Shown one piece after another: positions 47,556 through 60,103 of a stretch of 64,000 bases of DNA. The notes under the pieces were generated by a model, which searched no databases, was not told the DNA's origin, and worked only from the letters and a program-made list of their open reading frames with translations. Origin of the DNA: Heteronotia binoei (Eukaryota). The DNA lies in assembly GCF_032191835.1 (NCBI RefSeq), contig NC_083237.1, positions 42,036,001 to 42,100,000 on the forward strand, in the 5' to 3' direction. The translations under genes were made by a program, and so were the position numbers. The stretch's first letter is position 1, and the number at the start of each line of letters is the position of its first letter.

Positions 47556-49632
47556 TTCTTACAAGTTTTACACAATGAGACCTTGCTCTTATCTCCATCA
47601 TACAGACTTTGGAGCCAAGCTTAGTCTAGAGACTACTTGAGCTAGGACAGTGTTACACAACTACTAATTAAAATCTCATTTAAACAAGTGAAGAATGGCC
47701 CAAAGTACACTATCTCCTCTGCAGGTTTTTTAAACTGTCTGTCAAGTCGACAGATTCATGAATGAGTCAAAGTTGATACTAAGACTACATTTATTGATAA
47801 CCAGTACTCTGGCACAAGCCTCTAGCTTGCTAAGAATTAAACCAATACATGGATACATGGGTTTTAAGATACACTTCAAAAACATTCCTACGGGGGGGTT
47901 TACAGGAGGAAACTACTAGATACTTTCTCAGGCGATAGCTAGCAGTGTCCTTGGATTGTTATGCAAGGCTTCCTCCCACCTCAGGCCCTGAGAAGGCGCT
48001 GACTAGTTCCTTCACACCAGTTACAAATCAAAATAAGAAAGGTGGGAAGGGAATCAACTAAGCTACAACATTAGCAGCAGTGGATCCATTATGATTTTAA
48101 CCAGGCCTATTGCTTAGACCAAGATCCCCCAGTCTCAAGCCTTTATTAGTCGATCTTGACACTGTCCATCTGATCTGCTGCTATGCAAATCCCCATTCAT
48201 TGTGTGGAGTTGCCATTTAATGTTCATCCAAATGACTAGTTGAATGACTTACTTTTTTCTGCTCTTTGTTGATATTTTTTGACAATTATTTTGGTTTTCC
48301 ACTTTTTACTCTTTGTTTTGTTCATGTTGTGTATGCTTGCTACACAGTTTCTGAACCTAGTTGATATGTGTTTGCAATGTATATCATCCATACATATCCT
48401 GAGCCACCATAGTGTAGTGTTCAGTGTTGCACTAGGATCTCAGAGATCCAGGTTTTAAAAAAATATTGGATAATGTTAGGCCATTCATCCTTTCTCAGTC
48501 TAGACTACAATGCTTCACAGGGTTGCTGTGAGGATAAAAAGTCAAAGGACAAAGTACAGTGCATTGAGGAAAGGAGGAAAGGAAAGGCAAAAAATGTACT
48601 TAATATTATGCTGATTTAAGATATGTTGATTTGTCAATGCACAAATATGATTGAAAAAAAGCACTATTACACAAGATAATTTCATGTGAGGAAAACTGAA
48701 AATAAGGAATCACAGCTTTTCTTCCTACAAGGGAGAAATCAAAATGATGGGGTTTTTTTCCAGACTAAAATAGCAAGGATGAGAAATTCAGCATAATCCC
48801 TAAGAGAAACTGTGTGGCCAAGTGGATAGTGTCCTGATGCCTACCTAATGGCCAAACAATACATTATGAATTTGGCAGGTTGGGTCTGGATTTCCTGAAC
48901 ATGACTTGATTTGGCCAGAATACCTGCCTTCCCGTCTACACAGTTCCACCAACGTAAAACAGCCCTGGAGGAATAAATGGCCCCTTTTGGGAACAACACA
49001 TGCACAGAATTCTGTCATGTATCTGCAGGGAAAGTGAGTTGGGTCCAGCAAACCTGGAACTGGAACTGGCTTGCCAGTATGCATAACATGGTCCTTAGAA
49101 TAATGGTTTTGTGCTTATCTGACAATATGAAAGAACATTTATGTTTCAAAAACCACAAACTCAAGCCACCTACAACAAAGTGGTTTGGAGAAATTTTATT
49201 AAAAATAACAATGCTGTGTATGTTGAAAAGCAACAGAGAGGCTCCTGCGGCTATGGCTGATAGTTTGCTCGGGTTTGCGGGGATCAGCTGGGGGAACCAG
49301 GTGCTGCCTCCCCCCCCCTCTTTAATTTTGCTCTCAGGGCTGCAGGGCCGGGGTGGACGAGTTTTGCTGCTGTTTGCAGCGGACCCAGTGGGGGTTTTTG
49401 GAAGGTAAAGGCCAGACATATCCTGGGTTTTTGGAGAGCTGTGGGTTTTGGGAAAGGGGACACCAGCGAGGGTGGGTTCAAATTTGATTGTTCTTACACC
49501 CCCCCTCTCTCCCCTCCCTTTCACGCCCACCCCCCTGTTTTGGTTCATAAGGGGTCTGATTCTATCGCCCCCACCTCCCCCACATCAGAGTTGTGTTACT
49601 AGGGAGCTGCCTGTGAGTGGCCTGCGTGTGTT

Positions 49633-51172
49633 ATGGGCCCTAATAAGGGCAAGGCCCTTCTAAGGGCAAGCAGCCGGCCAAGGCCGCTGCAAAGCGTAGA
49701 AATGCTGCCCCCCCGGGGAGGACCTGGATAGTACCGTTATGCGTCAGGCTATATTAGATAGGGTCCGGGTGATGGAAGATGAACAGGGTGCGTCAGCATC
49801 ACAGGCGGTCTGGCCTGGGTGCCACAGCGCCAGCGGAAGGTCAGGGACTCTCACCTTTGAGAGAGAGTTGCTGTCTAGGCTTTCTGTTTTACAGGAGAAT
49901 ATGGTCACCAAGTCAAGGGCCGAGCGTAGTCAAGACGCTGATTCAGCCAGGGAAGCGGTGCTGTGTGATGAGGGCGGCGACCATGAGGATGGTGAGGACC
50001 AGCAGCAGACGGTGCAACCCGTGGCCGTCGCGGTGACACGGGCAGCGGAAGAAGATAGGGCTACGATGACTTCTCAACAAGGAAATTGGCCTTGGGGGGT
50101 TTGGGGCCCGTATGTGCTGCAACAGTCTGGGGGGTCTGGACAAGGGTCCGCGCCCTTCGAGGGCAGGCAGTGGCCGCCTCCGGCACAGCCGGGACCATCA
50201 TAGGCGACAGATAGTTTCCCAATGGGGTGAGCGCAGGGTTTGCAGGCGACTTGGGGTCAGGTGCCCGCAGTTGCGGGAGGGGCGGCGGCCGCTCAGGGGT
50301 CTGCAGCAACTGCGGCAACCGCCGGAGTTCTGCCATGGGGTGGCCAAATGCCAGTAACTCATCCATTCAGATGGCCTGCTGTGACTTGCAACCCTTGGGG
50401 CTACCCTTACCACCCATACGGGTCTGTCCCCTCGTTATCTATCCTGTTTGGAGACCCAGCGATGCCTTTGGGGGACCATCTCACTCCCGCAACAAGGGAG
50501 AAGATCTTGAGAGGGGAATATGTGGACGTTTTTAGCCTCTTGTACAGGGAGCTTGAAAAGAAGAGTAAAGAGGAATTAGATGAGAAAGAGAAGGAAAAGC
50601 TTAGGCGGTGGAAGGTAGATAGAACCTGGGCCAACTGGCTTCCAGGTTTTCTCATCTACGCGGGGGTTATTGCCAGGGCACAGCCAGGTAGGGCCGCCCC
50701 CTTGTTCCAATACTGTGACATCATCTACCGGGCCTACACCGATTTTGCGGGGCTGGTCTGGTTACAGTATGATGAGACTTTTCGCATGAGGGCGGCCATT
50801 AACCCATTGTTGCCGTGGGACCGAATCAACCAACAGTTGTGGTTACAGCTGATGGCCCCGGCTAAGCCCAACCTCGGGGACAGAGCAGATAGTGGGCATT
50901 TAGTTTATAGACAGACAAGTACCCCAACAGCCCGCTTCACGGCGGGTCAGCCGGTTCAACCCCGGCTGTTGTGTTGGGAGTATACCTCACAAGGAGTCTG
51001 TTCTAGGAAGGTATGCAAATTTAAACATGAGTGCCCGCTATGTGGTGGCTCCCATGCCTTCTCAGCATGCAGCAAGGTAAAGCTGAAAGGCAGGCCCAAG
51101 CGCCCCAGGGGCGGCAGCGGCTCACAACCTCTGGGTAAAGGGTCCCAGCCCCATTTGGCTGAGGGTTCTTGA
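49633..51172 (+). pseudogene. YR element C ORF1 (gag-like), frameshifted
   Basis: MGPNKGK..KGKQP..RQAILDRV; conserved core; CWEYTSQGVCSRKVCKFKHECPLCGGSHAFSAC finger. Confidence 0.88.
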
Positions 51173-52751
51173 GCAATTCCTCGAGAAGTATCCAAGGGTC
51201 GCCGACAGGATTTATTTGTTGGAGGGATTCACATTTGGTTTCCGGATCCCGTACATGGGGCCTAGGGTCCCCTCAGTGGCCTCCAATTTGCGTTCCATTG
51301 TTGGTATGGAGCAAGTGGTGAGGGACAAAATTGCAAAGGAATGTGCTGAAGGGCGAGTCATTGGTCCTTTTAGGGCCCCGCCAGTGCCTAATTTGAGGGT
51401 CTCCCCATTAGGCGTTGTCCCTAAAAAGGCCGCTGGGGAGTTCAGGTTGATCCATCATTTGTCTTATCCCTCCGGGGGGTCGGTGAATAATGGCATTCCC
51501 GATCACCTATGTTCTGTTCGTTATACATCGTTTGATCAGGCGGTTAGAGTTATTCGGGGTTGTGGGATGGGGCGGAAATGGCAAAATGCGACATTAAATC
51601 TGCATTTCGGCTATTGCCGGTTCACCCTGAAGACTTCGAATTGTTAGGTTTTCAGTTTGAGGGCAATTTTTATTTGAATTGAGCATTGCCGATGGGATGC
51701 TTGGTGTCTTGTGCCGCCTTTGAGCGATTCAGCTCATTTTTGGAATGGTTGTTGAGGCATAAGTCAGGCCGTAATGAGGTTGTGCACAATTTGGACAATG
51801 TCCTGTTCACAGGCGCGCCCGGTTCTGGGTGCTGCGCTTGGCTGCTGGACCTTTTTACATGGTTGGCCGGCGAGCTGGGGGTACCTCTGGCTCACGAGAA
51901 AATGGAGGGTCCAGCAACTTGCATCACATTTTTGGGCATTGAGCTGGACACTGTGCAGCAGACTTCTCGGTTGCCGGAGGAAAAGGTCCACCAGCTCAGG
52001 GCTAGGCTAGTGGTGTTAAAGGTGAAACGAAAAGTTTCACTCCTGGAGCTGCAGCAGCTCGTGGGGTATTTAAATTTCGCTTGTCGAGTTGTCGCCCCGG
52101 GCAGGGCATTTATACGGCGCCTCTGTGATGCCATGGCGAACCTCCATTTGCCTCACCATAGGGCTCATATAACGGAGAGCATGTGTAGAGACCTGGAAGT
52201 CTGGGAGGAGTTTTTAGAGGTATTCAACGGGGTGTCTTTTTGGAGAGAGGATACGAAGGTCGAAGCCAACCTCCAAATTTCCTCCGACGCTGCCGGCTCT
52301 GCTGGTTTTGGCGTCTTTTTTAGGAGACAGTGGTGTGCGGAGCTGTGGCCAAAAGATTGGCTCTGTAGTGGCATTTGTAGAAATCTGACCTTTTTGGAAT
52401 TCTTTCCGATTGTGGTGGCAGTTTTTCTATGGGGGGGAGCAGTTATCTAACCGGGTCGTACATTTTTGGTGCAACAACCTGTCGGTCGTGCACGTGGTTA
52501 ACTCATTGTCTTTTAAGTCTAAGCCAGTTATGTCATTGGTCAGGGTTTTTACTCTACGTTGCCTCCAGTTAAATATTTTGTTCTTAGCCAAGCATGTGCC
52601 GGGAGTTAATAACGGGGTGGCGGACGCCCTGTCTCGCCGGCAGATGGAGCGATTTCGCCTGTTGGCCTCGGAGGCCGATCCTCACCTGTCACGGATGCCA
52701 CCCGACCTTTGGCAGCTTGGCAGGCTGAAGCCGGTAGGGCAATCCTCCTAG
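51130..52751 (+). pseudogene. YR element C RT/RNase H, frameshifted
   Basis: SPLGVVPKK, MPMGC, HNLDN (decayed YLDD), SDAAGS, FLEFFP, WCNN, VADALSRR. Confidence 0.92.
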
Positions 52752-53627
52752 CACTGGCCCCAAGCACCCGGAGGGCTTATGACCGTGCAGCTTACCAGTT
52801 TAAGGTATTCCGCCATTGCTCGAGGCTGGGAGGCATTTGGCCCATCCTGGTTGCACACTTGATGCAGTTTTGCATCCTGCAAAAATCCAAGGGTATGAAG
52901 GTTAAATCTATCCGGGGCCAGTTGGCGGCTTTAGCATTTTTCAGTAAGGCCCAGGGTTACCCGGCCGCTGGGGATGACTTCAGAATTAAGAAGATGCTTG
53001 AGGGTTGGTCTAGGGAGCATGGGGCGAGGGCCGACACTAGGCAGCCCATATCTCTTTCCATTTTACAGGGTCTGGGCGGTGTTTGGCCTGAGGTTTGTAG
53101 CTCAGATTATGAGGTCGTCTTGTTCCATGCGGCTGCACTCACGGCCTTTTTCGAAGCCCTGCGGGTCAGCGAACTAGTGCAGTCCTCACGTAGGGACCCA
53201 TCTGTCGCTGCCTTGCGGAGCGGTGACGTTTTGTTTAAGGAGAAGCATGTTTTGCTGCATGTACATCAGTCCAAAACGGATCAACGTCAGAAGGGTACAA
53301 CAATTAAGCTTGGCCCTTGCGCAGAACCAGGGCTATGTCCGGTCCAAGCCTTGTTGGAATATGTAAAGGCCCGTGAGACCGCGCAAGGCCCCTTTTTCCG
53401 CCATAAGGATGGGTCCCCCCTCACAAAATACCAGTTTTGGGCTGTGACCGCCCATGCGCTGGGGAAACTAGGATTGGGGGGGCTTTAAGTTTGGGACCCA
53501 TTCCTTTCGGATTGGGGTGGCATTGACTGCCGCAGCCATGGGATATCCGGGACCTACCATCCAACGGGTAGGATGGTGGAGGTCCGCGGCTTATCGTGCT
53601 TATGTGCGTCCATTGCTGTTCCCCTAA
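52709..53627 (+). pseudogene. YR element C tyrosine recombinase (frameshift near 53485)
   Basis: LALAPSTRRAY, LRVSEL, QSKTDQ, THSFR, AYRAY. Confidence 0.92.
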
Positions 53628-53675
53628 TGGGGGTTTTTGTGGTTTGTTCTGTTCTGACTATGTTTTTCGTTTCAG
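53628..53675 (+). promoter_or_regulatory. Candidate 3' splice acceptor for ORF4 (element C)
   Basis: Branch-like CTGAC at 53654-53658, pyrimidine tract, tttcag|GTGCTGTGGC. Confidence 0.65.
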
Positions 53676-54276
53676 GTGCTGTGGCTCGTCATGGGAGGCT
53701 GAGGATCCTCGTATGCAGGCACAACATGGTTTTTTGGGCAGCCCACTTCGCCAAAAGATCGTCAGTCGGCTCACAATTGGGGTTGAGCGAGTGGGCTGTG
53801 GTCGACTGGCGGGGGCGACGGGGGCTCAGATGGTCTGGGCTGTTGCCATTGTTATTTGATGGAAGGGCCTGTCCCCCGCCCCACATTTTGGTGATCCACC
53901 TTGGAGGGAATGACTTGGGCCTGTTGAAGGGGAAGCCCCTGTCTTTGCAGGTGATCTCGAACCTGCGGGTCATCATGAGGAGGTGACCCGGGGTCCGGAT
54001 CATTTGGTCTGCTATCCTGCCTCGCAGAGTCTGGCGTGCCACTTGGAACCCTGCCAGGATCGAGCGGGCCAGGAGGAAGGCGAATCGGGCCCTGCGGTTG
54101 GCCTTGGATGAAGGTCTGGGCACCTTCCTTCCACACCCTGGTATTAGGGTGGATAGGTCTGAGTTATATCGGCAGGATGGCGTCCATCTGTCCGATGAGG
54201 GAAATCGGGCCTTTTTGTCAGATTTGCGGCAAGGTCTTCGGGAGGCTCTGGGCCTCCCGGGAGTCGCGAATGCCTA
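53676..54276 (+). pseudogene. YR element C ORF4, SGNH-like (in-frame TGA at 53984)
   Basis: RHN (decayed block I), GRRG, ILVIHLGGND, DGVH. Confidence 0.8.
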
Positions 54277-54689
54277 AGCAGAGGCTTGGCATTTGCGGTG
54301 GCGGAATTTGCAAGGGGGTCAGACCTTGCTGGTGAGCACCCAGGCCTAGGCACCTGTGTTATGCATCCAATCCGTAGGAAAGGCAGATGGGCTTCACGGC
54401 TCAATGTCCTGAAATACGGATTGGGTTTCATGCCTCCCTTTAGTCGCCCCCTTCTGGTGATCGGGGCGGCGGTGAGGGGAGGGCATCTTTGGTCTGCCAG
54501 CCCGGTTCTAGCCACAATTGTATGGCTGGGACTGGGGTTGGGTGCCTCGCCCTTATAGGACTTGGCGGGGTCAGGGTGACCCCAGGGCTCGTCCTATGTC
54601 AGTTTACCTTGCCAGGTTGTGTTAAATGTTAATAAAGTGGCCTGTTTTCCCAATTACCTTGTCTGTCTTTTTATTCCGTATGGGGGTGA

Positions 54690-54830
54690 AATTTAAGATT
54701 TGTCCCAATCTGACTCAGGTCTTTCAACAACCCTTCCAAAATAATTTAAGATTTGTCCCAATCTGACTCAGGTCTTTCAACACCCCTTCCAAAAATAGTG
54801 GTTCTGGAGCGGGCAATACATTTTCCACAT
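54690..54830 (-). mobile_element. Short CR1 fragment with a 53-bp tandem duplication, abutting the 3' end of element C
   Basis: tgactcaggtctttcaacaccccttccaaaaatagtggttctggagcg matches the CR1 at 61381; unit starts at 54690 and 54743. Confidence 0.85.
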
Positions 54831-54992
54831 CCTACTTTGGAAGTCAAGACAGTGGATGTTTCTTGTTTGGGCAACAGCCACACATGTCTGCTTATTTTCA
54901 GCTAGGTTGTAAAGACATGTATCCTGCAACCACATCCCTTTACCTTTTCTTCCCTGCTAAAAAACAACATCTTTTCATTCTATATTGTGATG

Positions 54993-55332
54993 CAGTGTTT
55001 GGTCACTAGGATTTGTAGAATCTTTCGGGATCAAGTGCCGTGTTCTACTGGAGAAAGTTTTCCTTCCAGACATTTCGTTCTTAGCTGCGGAGAACATCCT
55101 CAGTGGCGTTGCAGCCGGAGCAGGCGCTCAGACTTCCAGGAAGCCCCACCAAACAATGGGCACATCCACAAACCAATTGCCCTTTCATCACACCCCCTCC
55201 AGCCTAGAAATAGCAGCTCTCCAGCAGCCCTGGCCCCACTAAATGCACAGCAGCCAAGAAGGTCTGAGCGCCTACAAACCCTAATGATGTTACAAACCCT
55301 AATGATGTTACCAGCCGTGAAAACCTGAAATC
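54993..55332. mobile_element. Rearranged Penelope-like terminal region
   Basis: pLTR segment on minus (54993-55133) joined to a plus-oriented segment ending ccagccgtgaaaacctgaaatct; 11-bp inverted junction ggcgctcagac/gtctgagcgcc; 18-bp duplication tacaaaccctaatgatgt. Confidence 0.7.
55066..55106 (-). ncRNA. Minimal type I hammerhead ribozyme motif (Penelope-type)
   Basis: CCA-CTGAGGA-T-GTTCT-loop-AGAAC-GAAA-(T, expected C)-GTC-TGG. Confidence 0.65.
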
Positions 55333-56552
55333 TTTGTTTGGTCACTCTTCCCTATTCTGCCTTTTCTTTCTTTCTCTTGGCAAGTTAAACAAAAAATCTG
55401 TTTGGCTCTTTTATTGTTTTCTCTTGAATATTCCCCATGCCTTCCCAAAGGTGGTCATGAATGAAACTACTCTATTAGGCAACCAACATTCAATAGTTCT
55501 ATGAGTTACTCCAAATATTGATTAATGCAAGGAAAGTGGAATGATTCATTTGTCAAATGCTCCAGAAGCAGTCAACCTACCAATTCACCTCCACTGCTGT
55601 CTCTTGAACAGCATTACAGGAATGGGGACAAACTTAATGTTCAGATTGGAGCAGCGCCAGCTGATAGCAGAAGTTATCCATGGGGTTGCCTTGGGTGTCA
55701 CAGTTTAACCAGGAAATGTGGCAGAAGGAGGAGGAAGCATGGCTTATAGACATCATTAACTCTTGGACTAAGGTAATCTCTGTTGGCATAAACAGTACTG
55801 CTGGGGTTTAACTTCCTTCCAAAACATGGCTTCCTGCTCAGGGAGGTAATGGTGTGCATTTCCATCCCCCAGGAGGATGTTGGACTCTTGTGGATCTGCT
55901 TGGGATGGCAAAAACATCACACACACACAAACACACACTGTGGCTAATAGCCACTTATGGACCTCTGCTCCATATTTTTATCCAATCCCCTCTTGAAACT
56001 GGCTATGCTTGTAGCTGCCACCACCTCCTGTGGCAGTGAATTCCACACGCTAATCACCCTTTGGGTGAAGAAGTACTTCCTTTTATCCGTTTTAACCTGA
56101 CTGCTCAGCAATTTCATTGAATGCCCACAAGTTATTGTATTGTGAGAGAGGGAAAAAAGTACTTCTTTCTCCACTTTCTCGATCCCATGCATAATCTTGT
56201 AAACCTCTATCATGTCACCCTGCAGTCGATGTTTCTCCAAGCTAAAGAGCCCCAAGTGTTTTAACCTTTCTTCATAGGGAAAGTATTCCAACCCTTTAAT
56301 CATTCTAGTTGCCCTTTTCTGCACTTTTTCCAATGCTATAATATCCTTTTTGAGCTGTGGTGACCAGAATTGCACACAGTAGTCCAAATGAGACCGCACC
56401 ATCAATTTATACAGGGGCATTATGATACTGGCCGATTTGTTTTCAATTCCCTTCCTAATAATTTCCAGCATGGCGTTGGCCTTTTCTATTGCAATTGCAC
56501 ACTGTCTTGACATTTTCAGTGAGTTATCTACCACGACCCCAAGATCTCTCTC

Positions 56553-56904
56553 TGTCGCTTGTATATGAAAGAAGTGACAGCTTATAGCACATGTTGGAAA
56601 GTGAAACTAATGCTGGAGGCTAGATCATCTAGATGACAGCAGGTGGCTGGGTGCCAGGGATATTGCATCAGCCAGCACAGTCAGCATGACACAGCAGGTT
56701 GCTGATTGGCTGCACTATGTATAAATGTACAAAGACACTTTGGTTTGTGTGGGTTAATGAAGTTGGAGTGCAGCGGAGCATATTGTTGGAGTGGAGAGTG
56801 ATTGGTGTGTAAATAAATGTATATAGTGGTTTTACAACTACTGTGTGCAACCTTCATTCTTGCGTCACTAAGGATCACCCTCTTGGGCTCTAAGCGCATC
56901 AACA
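56553..56904 (+). repeat. Copia 5' LTR
   Basis: 352 bp; about 15 substitutions and 2 small indels versus the 3' LTR by manual alignment. Confidence 0.97.
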
Positions 56905-56905
56905 G

Positions 56906-56919
56906 GGTTATGGGCCCAG
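56906..56919 (+). promoter_or_regulatory. Primer-binding site GGTTATGGGCCCAG (half-tRNA-iMet type)
   Basis: 1 nt after the 5' LTR; matches the PBS type known for Drosophila copia. Confidence 0.85.
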
Positions 56920-57037
56920 CACGCTTCCGCTGTGCCTAGAAATCCTGAGAGAGGTGGTGAAGAAAGGACGCTGAGTTGCTCCAGAGGCTGCCTAGGAGGT
57001 GAGACCAGCAGTGGCTGAAAGAAGAAGGCTGAGCAGG

Positions 57038-59533
57038 ATGGCTACAGCAGGAGCTACCGTGCTGGTGGAGAAACTCACCACTACCAACTACAATGTCTGG
57101 TCGTTAAGGTTAGAGCATTTCCTGAAGAGAGAGGGGCTTTGGGACTGTGTGTCAGCTCCTCCCGCTGATCCCACGCCAGCAGAGGCCGTTCAGGACCAAA
57201 AGGCTCTAGCCACTATCATACTAAGCATCTCAGACGACCAGCTGGTGCATGTCCGTGGGCACCAGACAGCAAAGGAGGCTTGGGAAGCTCTCAAGGCTGT
57301 GTATGTGCAGAAGTCAGCAGGTTCGCTGATGTCCCTGTCTCAGAGGCTCTACAGGAAATGTATGCTGGCCGGGTAGTCAATGAGGGACCACCTCGAGGGT
57401 ATGTCTATTTGTTTCCAAGAGCTAGAGGCGAGAGGGAAAGCGGTGGCTGAGGAAGATAAAGTCTACATAATATTGAGCTCTCTGGACGAGAGATATGATA
57501 TGCTGGTGATAGCATTTGAAGGGCAAGATGCCGACAAGCTGACTTTGCCTTACGTGACCGGCAAACTCCTGGCAGAGGAACAAAGGCAGCTGGAAAGCAA
57601 GAGGGAGCAGACTGACCGCAAGGACAAGCAGAAGTCTGTGGAAGCTGTTTCCAGCTGGCAAGCCAAGGAGGAGGAGAGAGCCTTGCAAGTGCGGAGGAAG
57701 CGCTGCTATTTGTGTAATCAATTTGGGCATTTGCGATGGAGGTGTCCTCAACAGCAGCAGAGGAAGAGCCGACAGTAGTCTTCAAGGACACCACAGGCAA
57801 CTCTGGTGAGAACTGGCCTGGGACTACAGAGTGTGCTGTGGATTGTTGACTCTGGGGCTACACAGATCTTTTGCTGGAAGCAAGACCAACTGCAGGACAG
57901 CAAACCAGCTAATCAAAAAACCATAAGCTTAGCTGATAGCCGGGAGGCAGAAGTGCTTTGCCAAGGCATGGTCCACTTTCCTGGACTTAATCATACTTTT
58001 TGTAATGTGCTGTGTGTGCCAGAGTTAGAGACTAATTTGCTGAGTGTCTCAGTCCTGGCAACAGCTGGGTTCACAGTAATGTTTGATGATAAGGGCTGTG
58101 AAATCTTAAAAAAGGGTAAAAGGCTGGCTAAGGGTGTTTTAAAAGCAAATGTTTATGAGCTTATGCAGATAGTGGGGAAGGCACAGACGGTGTGGAATAA
58201 ACAGCCACACAGCAGGTGCATCCACCAGTTGCATAGAAGGCTCGGTCACACCAGCTACAATACCATAAATAAAACCCTGGAGATATTGCAGGGGGAAAAG
58301 GTTGATAAATGCAATGTATTTCTAGACTGTAATGTCTGTAAGGAAGCCAAGTCAAAGTCATTTCCATCGTCTAAATGGAGTGAGCGTGTGTCAGAGAGAC
58401 CGCTCCAGTTAATACATGCAGACGTGGTGGGGCCATATGCACCCAGTGTCTCTAAAAATAGATTTGGTTTGGTTCTGGTCGATGACCACAGCAGGTTTGC
58501 GTGGGTGTATGCTATTAGACATAAAAGCGATGTGTTTGCTACATTCAAGTACTGGGCTAAAAGAGTACAGAAGCAACTGAATGCCAAGATAGCCGTGATC
58601 CAAACAGATCAGGGAGGTGAATTCTTAAATAAAGACTTTGCCAGCTATCTGAGGCAAGAGGGCATAGCCCACAGGGTTGCCAACGTCTCCTCTGCATGGG
58701 AAAACGGGGTCGTTGAACGGAGAGCAGGTGTACTCCAGAATATGTGCCATGCTTTACTAGAAGATAGTGGTTTGAAGCTGGCATATTGGGGAGAAGCCTT
58801 GAAAATGTCCTGTTATATTTCTAATCGGTTGTGGACTGAGGCTCTAAATGATATACCCTACAGGGTCCTATATGGGAGAAAGCCAACCCTGGACTACCTT
58901 AGAATCTTTGGGTCTAAGGCATGGGTAAATATTCCTCTAGACAAAAGGAGGAAGGGTGGTGCTAAAGCCAGGAAACTAATCTTTGTGGGCTATCAGAACG
59001 GCATGAAGTCCTACAGATTTGTGGACGGGCAGGATGTAATAAAACTGAGCAGATCTGCCTCGTTTTGCGAGGATGATAATTGGTCTAAGATACATGCCAA
59101 TGAAATGCCCAAAGATACTGAACTGCAGCTGTCTCTGAAAAGTGAGGAGGGGCAAAAGCCAGAAAATGAGCAGGTTCCCTCACTGAAACAGGAGGAAGAA
59201 GCTGCTGGAGGTTCAGCCAGTTCAGACAGTGTAAAAGTGCAGAGCTCTGAGGCTGTAAAGAGTGAGCCAGCTGAAATCAGGGTTTCTGCAAGAGAAAATA
59301 AAGGAGTACCGCTAAAGAGGTATGGATATGATAATGAAATCCATTATCTGGGCAATGGAGGTTATCTGCCTAATGAAGAGCCCAGGTGTTATCAGAGTGC
59401 ACCGGATTCAAATGCTGATACCTCTTTCACAAAGGAGGAAGGAGGTTATGTGTATGATGATGAACCTAAGAATTATCCCAGTGTGCTAGAATTACTGTAT
59501 GGCAAGTCTCCCAAGGAAAAGGGAGAGACATAA
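57038..59533 (+). pseudogene. Copia gag-protease-integrase single frame with two in-frame TAG stops
   Basis: Same frame throughout; CX2CX4HX4C knuckle, WIVDSGAT protease, LHRRLGH..CNVC, DDE (HADVVGP, QTDQGGEF, NGVVERR); stops at 57374 and 57776. Confidence 0.93.
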
Positions 59534-59840
59534 GCAACAGCCTGGAAAGAGAGGCTTTAAACAGTAACTAAATGAAAAGGGTTCAATCTGTAAGCAAATA
59601 TATGTGCTAGAATGCAAAAAGGAATGGTGTAACATCAACACACAAGTGGCTCCAGAATGTATTAAGCTGTAACTGGAAAATGTAACTGTTAAGCTGAAAT
59701 GTAATGAAATTCCAAACTGTAACAAACCAAAATGTAAAAAACTGAAAGCTATAAAATGTGTATTGAAAAAGAATGTGCCTCTGTACTAAACTATACGGTA
59801 CCATTCTAGCTGAACGAGCCAGCAAAGATAAGGGGAGTGC

Positions 59841-59905
59841 TCAGTCTGGGAAGTGAGCTAACTGATAAGATATGGTCAGTCTGGGAAGTGAGCCAACTGA
59901 TAAGA
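59841..59905. repeat. 30-bp direct repeat (period 35) in the Copia 3' noncoding region
   Basis: tcagtctgggaagtgagc(t/c)aactgataaga x2. Confidence 0.95.
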
Positions 59906-60094
59906 ATGTGCTTGCAAGGTAATTAGCAAGCAGAGTGAAATGTGTGTGTGTTAGCACAAGAAGTTTAGGAAATGAAATACTGAACTGTGACATTTGTAAA
60001 TAAGGAAAGAAATGTAACTGGATGTATTAATGGTAATATGAACAATATGAATATGGAATATTGTGTATTATATTGTAGCATGAGCCTATAATCT

Positions 60095-60103
60095 GAGGAG
60101 GGG
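60095..60103 (+). promoter_or_regulatory. Polypurine tract
   Basis: GAGGAGGGG directly before the 3' LTR. Confidence 0.9.

Larger units (their letters stand above)
49230..54688 (+). mobile_element. Ngaro-like YR retrotransposon C (all four ORFs present, decayed)
   Basis: gag, RT/RH, YR and SGNH ORF4 in order; AATAAA at 54631-54636; ends atgggggtg. 5' boundary approximate. Confidence 0.93.
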
